From: the human T2T-CHM13v2.0 reference genome, Homo sapiens
NCBI RefSeq assembly: GCF_009914755.1
Contig: NC_060929.1
Direction: 5' to 3' (one strand)
Length of the DNA stretch: 64,000 nucleotides
Of the stretch, positions 41,485 to 52,810 are shown piece by piece. The notes beneath the pieces are model-generated. The model saw only the letters and a program-made list of their open reading frames with translations, ran no database searches and was not told where the DNA came from. The position numbers and the translations under genes are program-made. Each line of letters opens with the position of its first letter. Positions within the stretch are counted from its first letter, which is position 1.

Positions 41485-42255
41485 TGTATTAGTTTGCTAG
41501 GGCTGACATAACAAAAGCAACGTGCCACAGGCTGGGTGGCTTAAAAAACTGAAGTTTATTTTCTCACAGTTCTAGAGGCTGTGAGTCTAAGATCAAGGTG
41601 TCAGCAGGTTTGGTTTCTCCTGAGGCCTCTCTCTGGTTTATATATGGCTATTTTCTTGCCGTGACTCCATGGTCTTAGTCAATACAGGCTAGTATGCCAA
41701 AATATCATAAACTGGGCGGCTTAAAAACAACAAATATTTATTTTTGTTACAGTTCTGCTGACTGGAAGCCCCAAATCAGGGTGCCGGCAGGATCAGGTTC
41801 TGATGAGGACCCTCTTCTGGGTTGCAGAACGCCAGCTTCTTGTTGAATTGCCACATGGCAGAAAGTGGAGAAGGAAAGCAAGCATTCTCGTGACTCATGA
41901 GGGCACTAACGCCACTTATGAGGGCTCCTTTTAAATGAACTTACCTAATCCTAATTATATCCCAGAGGTCTACCTTCTAATACTATCACAATGTAGGTAG
42001 GGGCCCGACATATCAATTTTGGGGGAAAACACACATCCAGTCTATAACACTGCTTTTTCTCTGTGTGCACACCCCTGGTGTGCCTTCCGCTCCTTATAAA
42101 GACACTAGTCATTTTGGATTCGGGCCACACCCTTATGACCTCATTTAAACTTAATCATTTCTTTACAGTCCTATCTCTAAATACAGCCACATTCTTAGGT
42201 ACCGGGTATAGAACTTTAATATATGAATTTAGAGAACACAATTTAGTCCTTAACA
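41485..42255 (-). mobile_element. MLT1B-like solo LTR (outer; split by a nested LTR)
   Basis: 41485-41670 and 42050-42255 join into one MLT1; perfect TSD GTAGG at 41480-41484 and 42256-42260. Confidence 0.88.
41671..42049 (-). mobile_element. MLT1A/A0-like solo LTR (inner)
   Basis: 'gtcttagtcaatacaggct...ggttctgatgaggaccctcttctgggttgcaga...ttttgggggaaaacacacatccagtctataaca'. Confidence 0.85.
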
Positions 42256-42639
42256 GTAGGGTAGAGCAAGGGCCTCTACAGCCAGAATCAATGGGTATAG
42301 TTATAGGGTTAAAGTTTGTCTGAAGGCATATCATTCCTTTCCTGTCTGCAATCAGTGTATACAGTATGTACAATGAGCTATTAAGCAGCTGCAAATAAGC
42401 TAACAAAGGAGTACATATGCTAAGATCATGGCTAAGGCCATGATAATACAGGGCTATGACCTCCAGGAGGAATAGGGAAGCCCCAGTCTCAAAAGGCAAG
42501 CTTGTGATAATCAGGCAAATAGCAGAATATACATAGCAAAAGACTGTGTTAATGCACAAAAGTATTAAGGCAATAAATTCTTTCAGAAGTCTTTGCAAAC
42601 AGACATAGGGATGGAATGTATGACTGGATGGTTACATGT

Positions 42640-42814
42640 CATGGAAGGCATATCAAGAAAGTTCAACATCTATCTAATAGGAGTTTTAGAACTGGGCTGC
42701 AAGACAGAGCAAAACTCCATCAAGAAAAGAAAGAGAGAGAAAGAGAGAGAGAGAGAAAGGAAGAAAGAGAAAGAAAAGAAAGGCAAGGCAAGGAAAGCAA
42801 GAAAGCAAGCAAGC

Positions 42815-42878
<64 letters not shown>

Positions 42879-43110
42879 GAAAAATTATAGCAAGGACACT
42901 GCCAGAGCAAGAATTTTTTTTAAGTCCCAGAAATGAAGACAAATGGAAGAATTCAGTTTAAAGGGGCCTTGTGAGTTCTGAAGAGAATGCAAATAAACAG
43001 ATTCACGTGCAGACACATTGTGGTGACGTTTCAGAACTCCGAGAATAAACACACATTTCTTAAAATCATCTAGACACATGTTTCTTAAAATCTTTTAGAG
43101 AAACAGAAAG
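42640..43110 (+). mobile_element. Very old L1M ORF1-region relic
   Basis: 'atcaagaaagttcaacatctatctaataggagttttagaa', 'agacacattgtggtgacgtttcagaac'. Confidence 0.5.
42722..42883. repeat. Polypurine compound microsatellite (GA, GCAA, ~15 x GAAA)
   Basis: Directly visible; perfect GAAA run 42817-42876. Confidence 0.97.
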
Positions 43111-43134
43111 GACTAATCACATTACATTAGATTT

Positions 43135-43336
43135 AAGGATGCCAGATATAATACAGGATGTTCAGTTAATATATAAGTTCCAGATAAACACCAGATCACG
43201 TTGTAGTGTAAGTATTCCCAAATTGCATACTGCATGGGAAATATTTACAATTTTAAAAGTACTATATTCATTGTATCTCTGAAACTCAAATTTAACTTGG
43301 TGTCCTATATAAATATTTGCTAAATCTGGCAACCTT
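43135..43336. mobile_element. MER53 palindromic hAT MITE
   Basis: TIRs 'aaggatgccagat'/'atctggcaacctt'; arms 'aatacaggatgttcagttaa...ccagataaaca' vs 'tgtatctctgaaactcaaatttaacttggtgtcctatat'. Confidence 0.85.
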
Positions 43337-43479
43337 AATTACATTCTTCATCCACAAGATAACACTGAATTGATATTGTCAGTCTTCTAAATATAGGATG
43401 TATGTCCAGCCAAATGATTATTCAGAAAAGTTAACCCTACAAAAATTCTCAAAAAAATTACTAAAGGATATATGTAGCA

Positions 43480-43760
43480 CTTTCCTTTCCATTGGCCTGG
43501 AATGCTCTCCCCAGACACCTGAACTCTTTCACCTCCTTCAGCACTTTCATTATAGATCATCTTCTCGTGGTCTTTCTATCCACTTTAAGTAAAATTACAA
43601 TGCCCATTGGTACTTCCTATCTTTCCCTTTTTCAAATTTAAATCTTTCCATATCACTGATCAGCAGCAAGCATAGTGTGTGGTATAAAATCTAAGCCCCA
43701 TGAGGGATGGCATATAGTAAGCACTGGATAAATATTTGTTCAATTAAATCAATTAATCAA
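43480..43760 (+). mobile_element. L2 3' fragment
   Basis: 'tggcatatagtaagcactggataaatatttgttcaattaaa'. Confidence 0.7.
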
Positions 43761-44239
43761 TTAGATCAATAGAATTCAATAAACCTAAACCACTAAATCA
43801 GCGGATAGTAGTTATGGTGGTTAAAGGGGTGGGGGTGGTAAGAGAAAAAGCAGAGTCAAAAATAACTGGCTAGATAACTAGTTATATTGAGGAGACTGAG
43901 GTACTGAATGAATGATAATAAATCCAGTCTTCGGGTCAAGATGCCCCATATATAGATGGAGATGTAAGTTGAAGATGCAGTCTTCCATTTTCCATTTGAA
44001 TGAAAATGTGCTATGCTGGAAATTTGCATTTGGGTGTTAAATATAGGTGACAGATAAACATGTAGATGAGCTAAGATTGTCCATTGAGTGTTTGTAGAAT
44101 GAAAAGAAAGCTAAGGATAGAAACTCTGGAGCCAACAGTCTTTCTGGTGGAGATAATTAAGGACTATCAAGAATGCTCAGAGGCAGAAGGACAATGAAAG
44201 ACAGTGGAGTTATGGTAGACATCAGGGTGAAAACTCAAA

Positions 44240-44430
44240 AGCCTCCACTTTCACTCATTCTCTTGGAATCCTGCCACCAGGCCCACGAATGACTGCTGAG
44301 ACATCAATAAGCATAGCTGAGACTAGAAGAGTCACGCAGATGTTCCATAGATGTCTGAATAATAATAAATGCTTAGTAAGTCACTGAATTATGAGGTGGT
44401 TTATTACACAGCAATAACTGATATAAACAG
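44240..44430 (+). mobile_element. Old MLT1 LTR 3' fragment
   Basis: 'taagtcactgaattatgaggtggtttattacacagcaataactgata'. Confidence 0.6.
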
Positions 44431-44525
44431 TTAAAATAGGGCTAGTCACTGAAAAAAAAAAATGCACTGGGCTAATGGAATGCAGTTTAAGGAAATAAAG
44501 ATAGCAACTATGAAATACTCTTAGT

Positions 44526-44707
44526 GGCCAGACACGGTGGCTCATGCTTGTACTCCCAACACTGTGGGAGGCTGAGGGAGCAGGATCCCTGAAGCCCAGG
44601 AGTTTGAGGCTACAGTGAGCTATGATCATGTCACTGCATTCCAGCCAAGGTGATAAAGTGAGACCCTGTCTCAAAAAAAAAAAAAAAAACTTTTTAAATC
44701 AAAAATA
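44526..44707 (+). mobile_element. Monomeric Alu (FAM/FRAM-like)
   Basis: Single ~147-nt monomer plus A-rich tail; TSD AAATACTCTTAG at 44513-44524 and 44708-44719. Confidence 0.9.
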
Positions 44708-45146
44708 AAATACTCTTAGAAAGCTGTGTGAAGGAAAAAAGAAAGCTAAAGTCAAAGGAAGGATCCATATTTAATTTATGAGCCTTAATCAGTGTTTATT
44801 CACAGGCTGTGAGAAAGGAACTGATGGAGAATAAAATGCTCTGCATAAAGGGGAAGGCTAGAGAGATGATGATGAAGAAAATGCCCGGGAGGAAATGGAA
44901 AGAATGAAATCTAGAACACAAGTCAATCAATTAACTGTAGAAAGCAGAAGGGACTCCTTTTGCAGCAATAGAGGAATGAGGATAAGGACTTTAAGTGGCA
45001 GGACATTACATGCAAACAAGTTTGTGGATGCATGGGGAAAGCTGAGGGAGGTCATAGTGGATAGCCTTTATTTTCTCTGTTGAAAAGGAGCTAAGAGGCA
45101 AGATCACCTTCTGCAAGAAAGTACAGTAATGGCCTGGAGGGCTTAC

Positions 45147-45369
45147 CACTGCATTTCTCAACTTTGGCACTACTGACATTTGGACCAGATAATTCTTTGT
45201 TGTGAGGGCGTGTACTAAACATTGTAGAATCTTTAGCAGCATCCTCGGCCTCTAAACACTTCATGCCAGTAGCAGCCTTCCCAGTTGTGACAACAAAATA
45301 TATCTGCAGGCATTGGCAATTGTCCTAACTCATTAAACACCTCTCTGCAACCCCAGTTGAGAACCACTG
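45147..45369. mobile_element. MER20 hAT-Charlie DNA transposon
   Basis: 'tttctcaactttggcactactgacatttggaccagataattctttgttgtgaggg...ccagttgtgacaacaaaa...cagttgagaaccactg'. Confidence 0.92.
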
Positions 45370-45454
45370 GCTTCATGGAATGGGAGAGTGAGATAACCTA
45401 GGAAAAACTTGCAAATGTCTGGGGAGTCACAATCATTTCCTAATTGATCAACTT

Positions 45455-45529
45455 AAAATAGATTAAGAATATATTCTGCAACATTTTCAAAAATAGATTA
45501 AGAATATGTTCTGCAACATTTTCAAAAAT
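45455..45529. repeat. 35-bp tandem duplication (2.1 copies, 1 mismatch)
   Basis: aaaatagattaagaatat(a/g)ttctgcaacattttca x2. Confidence 0.95.
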
Positions 45530-47379
45530 GCATACCTGATGTCACTTGAAAAATCTCCAGCTTTAGTATGGTTTCCATGGTCAACAAAGATGTTCTTGCT
45601 AAATTTTCTCTTCTATGCTCAAGAGCTGAACCATGGGTTTTCTAAAGAGAGAAGCCTATAGCAAATACTTAGAATAAAATTAAATGTTCTCCAAAAATAG
45701 AATGCAATTTTCCCCGTTTAACCATCTTCCATTTTACCTGTCAGTTCCCAAACTCTTTGTTCTTTATGTGCAATAATGAATCAAGCTTTTGTATCCTAGA
45801 CTTTTTATTAAGACTCCTTTTAGCTCAACTCCAAGAAAGTCCCTCCAGAGCAGTACAATCCGGTGTGATTTGTAAGAGGTATAACTGGCTTCTGGAGCCT
45901 TTTCCAACAGATTGCATGCAAGGTGACAGGTCTGAATATTAAACAAGTGAAGGGGAGATGATACCCACACACATCATTGTAAATTGTGCCTTCATTCATA
46001 AAACCATTTAACTTAGCTCTAATTACTCTGCTACCCATTCATGCAAGTGAGGCATCCAGGAAACAAACTTGATTGGTGAACAAACGCAAATTAAATGACA
46101 GGGACAGAGGTAGGCATATGAAAACTGAGAAGAGGCATTCAGTATGCAAATTCCCAAGTCTGTATATACATCCATGTACAGCTTCTGCCTTAGAATCAAT
46201 TGTAGAGCAATAAAAGCTACTGCTTTTCTCCTCCATTCTGATTTTGAAAGCCTGGATGGCAGAAGAATGGGAGTTGGTTCCCAGCAGAATTACAGAGCTT
46301 ACTCATATAACTGTCAGACTCTCTTAAAGGAAGGCAAACTTAGCTGCACTATCTGTGCTGGGAGAAGTCTTTTCTTTGTTGGTAATCTACTCACAGAATT
46401 AGCGTTTAACAAATATGTTAATTAAAGCTCTAGACTACATGTTATGTTTGTCATGCGTCTTGTGACAAGTTCTATTGTGTTTTGTGTTAATATTATTCTT
46501 CAGCAGATAACATTGTTCCTCATTCAGTCAAATCAAAATGTTAAAACTAGGCACAGTATCTAAGTAGAAAAAAACAGGGCTTTCTTCCTGCTCACTATGT
46601 TTGATTCTGATGGGGACAACCACTAAAAAAGTAAAAATTTTCATTTTATCTAAACCAAGTATGAAAATCTCATTGAGTATTTTTTACTGACAGAAAAGAT
46701 GAAAGAAACAAAAGAAAGAAGAAAAGGAAAAAAGAGGGGAAAATACGTACTGATTTCATTATTCTGGGGGGGGGGAAAAAAAAACAGCTGGTAACTACCT
46801 TCACAGCTTGCAGTAACATCCTGAATTGAGATTCTAGTCAAGGGGCAATTTCCATTTGTCATGTATATGTATGCATTTTTCATCTAACGTGACACAGGCT
46901 CATACAACATGAGATTAAGATAAATCGAGGTCTTTCTCTTTCCTTCTTAATTTACTTTCTTATTCTATGTTCAAGGAACCTGCTTAAATATGAGAGATTT
47001 GACCTAAATTCCATTTTATCAAGAAGGTTGCCTGAAGTTTACAATGTGAAAACAAGAGTGAGGGGGACATGCATTTGATTTCCCAAAGTTCAAATCTGGG
47101 AAATATTAGCATAAGCACTTTGATGATCGTGACAGTAAGTCTAGAGAATTAATCTCTAAAGCAATCAGAATTCAGATCTTCTACAGCTTTATAGATCAGA
47201 ATGACCTATTTTAATTAACTATTCCAGATACAAAGAGACAGCTGCTCTACATAGAAGATTGGAGCTGTTATCTACTTTCAGGATGACGTTACCTTGAGTA
47301 AATTGCTCTCAAAACCTGACTTCATATGTGATTTTTTGAGTGATCTTTAAACTGGAAAAAAGCTATGTGGCCCTGCTGT

Positions 47380-47515
47380 CAGGCAGCACAGCAACATGAA
47401 TGAGAGTCACGCCACCTGGGTTTGCATTCTGGCTGCATTGTTTATTAGCTGTTTGATATCGGGGAAGTGATTTAACCTCTTTGTGACTCCATTTTGTCAT
47501 CTATAAAACGTTGGC
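47380..47515 (+). mobile_element. MIR fragment
   Basis: 'cctgggtttgcattctggct...ggggaagtgatttaacctctttgtgactccattttgtcatctataaaa'. Confidence 0.8.
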
Positions 47516-47759
47516 AACCTTATTACATTAATAAATAACTCAATCAGGCCTATTATTACTTGTATAGCTATTATGATTATCATGTATCTATGATTATTTA
47601 TAAGACAGCATAAAGCCTTATAGATACATTTCATAAATTGTAATTCATAAAGCAGTTATTATCCACTGTGTTACATATCGCTTATCTGCTTCATTCTAAC
47701 CTTTAAATAAGTATATTCATGTATATAAAAACTGAATGAAATAATTAAAATAAGTAATT

Positions 47760-48320
47760 GTTAATACTTACTGATCACTTACCATGAGACATGGTTCAAA
47801 ATGCTTTTTTAGATGTTATCTTATATAATGTCCACAATAAACCAATGGGGTTGGTGCTCTAATTATATTTCCATTTTACAGATAAAAAAACTGAGGCATA
47901 AAGAATTTGCCTAAGCATGGGCACATTGGCTCACACCTGTAATCCCAGCACCTTGGGAGGCCAAGGCAGGACAATCTCTTGAGCCCAGGAGTTCAAGACC
48001 AGCCTAGGCGACAAAGTGAGACCCCATTTCTACAAAAAAATAGAAAAAATTAGCCAGGCACAGTCATATGCACCTATAGTCCCACCTACTCAGGAGGCTG
48101 AGGTGGGAGGATCACTTGAGCCTAGGAGGCTGGCGCTGCAGTGAGCTGTGATCACACCACTCTATTCTAGCCTGGGTGACAGAGCAAGACTCTGTCTCAG
48201 GAAAAAAAAAAAAAAAAAAAAAAAAAGGACTTGCCTAAAGTCAGAGAAGCATTAAGTGGCAAAGTGGGGATACCAGGTCAGGACATCTGGTACCCACTGT
48301 CATGCCCTTAATCAGTATCT
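47760..48320 (-). mobile_element. MIR interrupted by Alu
   Basis: 'ccattttacagataaaaaaactgaggcataaag' resumes after the Alu as 'ttgcctaaagtcagagaagcattaagtggcaaagtgggga'. Confidence 0.75.
47915..48226 (+). mobile_element. AluJ
   Basis: 'ttgagcccaggagttcaagaccagcc...gaggtgggaggatcacttgagcc'; TSD AAAGAATTTGCCTAA/AAAGGACTTGCCTAA. Confidence 0.95.
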
Positions 48321-50690
48321 TGAAACCCATTTCCCAGATTAAGAAATATTAGCTGCTGTTGTTATTTATTAGACATGTATATTTTAATCTACTGGTTTGG
48401 TATGTGGTGGAGATGTAAATAATTATTGAGAATTGGATGAATAAATAAATTAATGAATTAATGATAATATGTAAGAATTGAATCAAATAAGAAAGTAGCT
48501 TTAGCTTCTTTGAATCTGAGGAGGGCTGGATAAAGAATCATTTTTACGAATATTCAAACCATTAGTTTTTATTTGCCCCAAAAGTCAAATCTTTAATATA
48601 GTTAATAATGGTGTATTTTTCTTTTATGGGAGCACTATTTTGCATATTAATTAACTTCCATTGTTGCAAGCTGTAAGCCACCACTGGAAAATTTTTTTTT
48701 CCAAACATCCAGCACCAGAAACAGTTAGAAAGAATTTACTAAGTCAATGGACAAATATTTCTACATGGGAGTTGACATTTAATAACTTCCCTGAGTCATT
48801 TTAAAAAGAAATATTAGAAACTAAAATCATTATCAAGTCAAAAAACATGGCAAAAAAAATATGAATGTCTAAGAATGTCATTTTATCCAGCAGTTTCAGC
48901 CATCATTAGCCAAACTGTCTTCAATACTTTCAGAAGCTAAACCATGTCTAATGATATCCTCACTAATAGCAGAAAGACATTTGAGTAAATTCATTTTTTA
49001 AAGGATCATTGAGTGCCTTAGCTAGTTAAACCGGAAGCCCACAGTAATCAGAAAGAGGCATTGCTCGCCTTCTCCTATGGTTTCTTCATTAGCAGTGGTA
49101 ATAACGACAATAGGTAGTTCATAACTAGTACATTGTTAAGATGAACACCGGGGTGTCCTTATACACTCTATTTAATTTTGGCTTCCAGATTGGTCGGTTT
49201 ATTTCACGAGCCAATTGCCTCCCTGCCATACCCAGCTCTCCAGAGTTTGCCTAACTTAAGAAAATCAAGCTGTTTTCTTTCTGCTTCATGCATCATTGCT
49301 AACAACAGCCAAATAGTTGAACACAGAATTCAGTCTTCCACACTTGGGCTATGTAAGCATCTGAAAATTTACAACTGTATTTTTAAAGTCAGGATCCAGT
49401 CTCTTCTATCTCATGTCATTGTATTTGCATTTTAATATGTGCATTAGACTCTGTTGCTTTGTTACTAAATAATTGTTCTCATGTCTTTGTGAAACATTTG
49501 GTCAGCTCTAAATATGGTGGTTTTTCTTCAGTACCTCCCAATGTGTTTTACATGTTCTCTACTCTCCCCCCACACACCATCACACATAGCACCTACATTG
49601 CTGCTTCATATACAGTAGGCATCTAATAAATGCTTATTAATTAACAGCAACTAAACAACATGATGTATAGCGCAAACTATTTAGTAAACACGTGGATGCT
49701 GACAAACCAAGCTAACTCTTATTTTTAATGTTCAAATGTGCCACTCCCAAACAATGGCACCACATATTTCTATTCATACAGCTCTTGAGGAGTGCAAATT
49801 AGTTCAGGTTTCCATTGATCTCTTTTCCAAACTAGACATAACAGATTACAGTATGCAATTTCTCCAGTAATTCCTTCCTCATGACAATTTTTCATATCTC
49901 CCTGAATCTATACACCTTCTATGTATATCCTTCTAAGTAGAATTGCTATAAAAAATGAAATGGAAAGAAGAGGTAAATCTTTCAAATAATTATAGAATAA
50001 AATAGAATATTGTTTTCATGCTTGAATGGTCCAAATTAGTTGCACACATTGATTTATTGTATTGATCATCAATATAAACTCTATTTTAATTCTGCCCAGG
50101 GAATAAATACTGGATAATAAAGCAGTCTACTCCCTGCCTTACTGCAATTGATATCAAAATTTCGGAATAAATCTTCTGCTTAAAACTTTCAAATGATTAT
50201 GGAAACGATTCTTTAAAGTTGGAGGGAAGTCAAAATCCCTGGCCAGAGAATCCAGTGATTTGTCAATATGCTGCTATTAAAATGAATAGAAATAAATGTT
50301 ATTTCGGTATTTGTTTCTATAAAGAAATTTTTATAATGCTATTCTTTTTTCTTAGAATATAAAATGATTTCAAACTTTACAAAGGAGACTATGGAAGACA
50401 TAGACTCTTCTGTTTTTTCTTTTTTTAGCAATTTAATTTCCTCCTGTCCTGATTCTATTAGAGTAACATAAATTATAACAAAAATTTAATAAAGTGGACA
50501 GTTAAGTGGATTTAATCTATTCTCTTCAGAATAAATAAGATTAACCAGATAAGATGCAGATTTAAAAAATATTTTAACTGATAAGGTAAATCAGAACTCA
50601 AAAACATCCCTGAAACTACATAGTCAGATAATCAAGGAAAATAAAGGGTAACAACATCATTGTGATTTCTTTCCTCGAAAAATAATTAAC

Positions 50691-50748
50691 CTTTGGAAAG
50701 GCTTTCCATCAATGCCGTCTTTGTCAGTTAACAGAGTCAGACACATTC
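50691..50748 (-). other. Candidate 58-nt internal exon (unverified)
   Basis: Minus strand: 'ctgttatttgcttttcag|GAATGTG...TTCCAAAG|gttaat'; good acceptor, weak donor; non-repetitive; one open frame. Confidence 0.25.
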
Positions 50749-51705
50749 CTGAAAAGCAAATAACAGGAAGCAAGTCTTGGTTGTATTCAGTCTCTAGGGA
50801 AGAAAGACTTCCCAAGTTTTTCTTCCCATTTTTAAAATCCATGATTTTTCTTTCGGGTTATTATTTCTTATCATTATACAGATTAATGCAACACATTAAA
50901 ATCATCAAAATAAATATATAGCACCTGGAGAATTTATAGCAGGGCTAAAATGCAGTAACCATAAGAGTTCTCTATTACACAGCTGGCTAGGAACAGATTT
51001 GAAGTCCGATGAACGTGGGAAGAAAAAAAACAACTTTATGGTTCTTGACAGGCTTTTCAAGTCCTTTGTGGACCTAGTCTAACAGAGATTAAAACTGATT
51101 TTTCTCTGATTGTTAAATCAGCAGATTAGCCTATTTCTGAAAAAGAACAAATGTCCAATAGATGGTTGATGAATAAAATATTAAAATATAATTTAATAGA
51201 ATCAAATAGAATTAAAATTCACCTCTCTGGGACGAAACTGACATCAATTAATTATCCCAAAGTACCTATTTTTTTCGTATTTAAGAAAAAAATTACTTTT
51301 CAATAACTGATTTGCTGATCATTTTGTTCACTGTGTGGTTAAAATTAACTTGGGAGTCAAATTAAAATATCATCATTCTTTAGAAATAACCCTGAACCAA
51401 TTTCAACGTTATTGTTTATAAGTCAATATTATCATCTATGTTTGTGTATCTCTCTTATGGAAAGGAAAGTGATAATCCCACTATTGCCAAAATGTATTTG
51501 GCCTCAGACTCCCAAATACACCACTTCAGATATGAAGAGAGCAAGTGGGAAGACGTGGGGACTGTAGGAGTGACAGTTTCAATAGGAGGGGTTTCTAGAT
51601 ATGGTACTTACATACAAGATCAAAACAACTCTGAAAGTTCTTGGTAACCAAGGAACCTACTTGCTAAGAGATCAGAGCTTGGGTGACAGGAATGTTAAAA
51701 TTGGG

Positions 51706-52022
51706 GGACCAGGTGTGGTGGCTTATGCCTCTAATCCCAGCACTTCAGGAAGCTGAGGCTGGCAGGCAGCTTGAGCTCAGGAGTTCCAGACCAGCCTTGG
51801 CAACATGGTAAAACCCATGTCTCTACCAAAAATACAAAAAAAAATAGCCAAGTGTGGTGGCACACACCTGTGGTCCCAGCTATTCAGGAGGATGAGGTGG
51901 GAGGATCACTCGAGCCCAGGTAGTCAAGGCTGCAGTGAGCCAATATCATGCCACTACACTCTAGCCTGGGTGACAGAGTAAGATCTTGTCTCAAGAAACA
52001 ACCAACAACAACAACAACAAAA
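51706..52022 (+). mobile_element. AluJ (Jb-like) with (CAA)n tail
   Basis: 'cttgagctcaggagttccagaccagcc...gaggtgggaggatcactcgagcccagg...gtctcaagaaacaaccaacaacaacaac'. Confidence 0.95.
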
Positions 52023-52662
52023 TCTTTGGAGTAATTCACTGAGTAATATTCTGAGTGTTGTTTTCCCTTAAAATTAGTCAACTTCGTTATCATGAAGCAA
52101 AAGTAAAAATACAGCTGAATAATTCCATTTCAAGTGAATTATCAAATGCTTCATGGGAAAAGAACATAGATGGGAGATTTCTTTAGTGTTAAACATTTAA
52201 ATTTTCATGAAGGATATTTATTCACCTTGAATAAAAAATAATGAAAACAGTTACAAAGCACAAGTCATTGAGTATGCCTTTTTAATGCTAAAGAAATTAA
52301 GAAAATCAATATTCATTAATTTAATATCAAATTGCATATATATGTACTTATTCTTTTATTGGTTGGTCATATGCAAAGTAAAAGAATCTCACTTATCCCT
52401 AGTTAATTCTCCATGTTCTCATTTCATGTTATCTCATAATGACTGATATAAACTTGATGAGCAGGAAAGCTCCTACGTCATCTACACGTAGACTATTCTA
52501 TAACATCTATGTGTTTTTCCAAACAATTCCTACAATGAATCCTTTTTTATTAGCATTTGAATTTCCTAATATATAGCATTTATAGTGAACCAATTTCAGG
52601 AAAATGAAAAAATAGTAATTAACTCCTTTGGATTTATTGCCTTCCAAAGAATGCAATTTTTA

Positions 52663-52810
52663 TTGCTTGTAACACAAAGGATAAATGCTTGAGAGGGTGG
52701 ATATGGCATTCCACATGATGTGATTATTAAGCATTGAATGCCTATAACAAAACATCTCATGTACCCCATAAATACATACACCTATCTACCCACAAAAATT
52801 AAACATTGAA
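52663..52810 (+). mobile_element. L1MA (MA2-4-like) extreme 3' end
   Basis: 'taacacaaaggataaatgcttgag...aaacatctcatgtaccccataaatacatacacc'; 17-bp TSD AAAGAATGCAAT(T/G)TTTA at 52646-52662 and 52811-52827. Confidence 0.92.

Noticed and set aside
42155-42598. 147-aa ORF
   Set aside because: Partly MLT1 LTR; no recognisable homology; length compatible with chance.
42593-42961. Lys/Glu/Arg-rich and Phe/Leu/Ser-rich ORFs
   Set aside because: Translations of the GAAA microsatellite.
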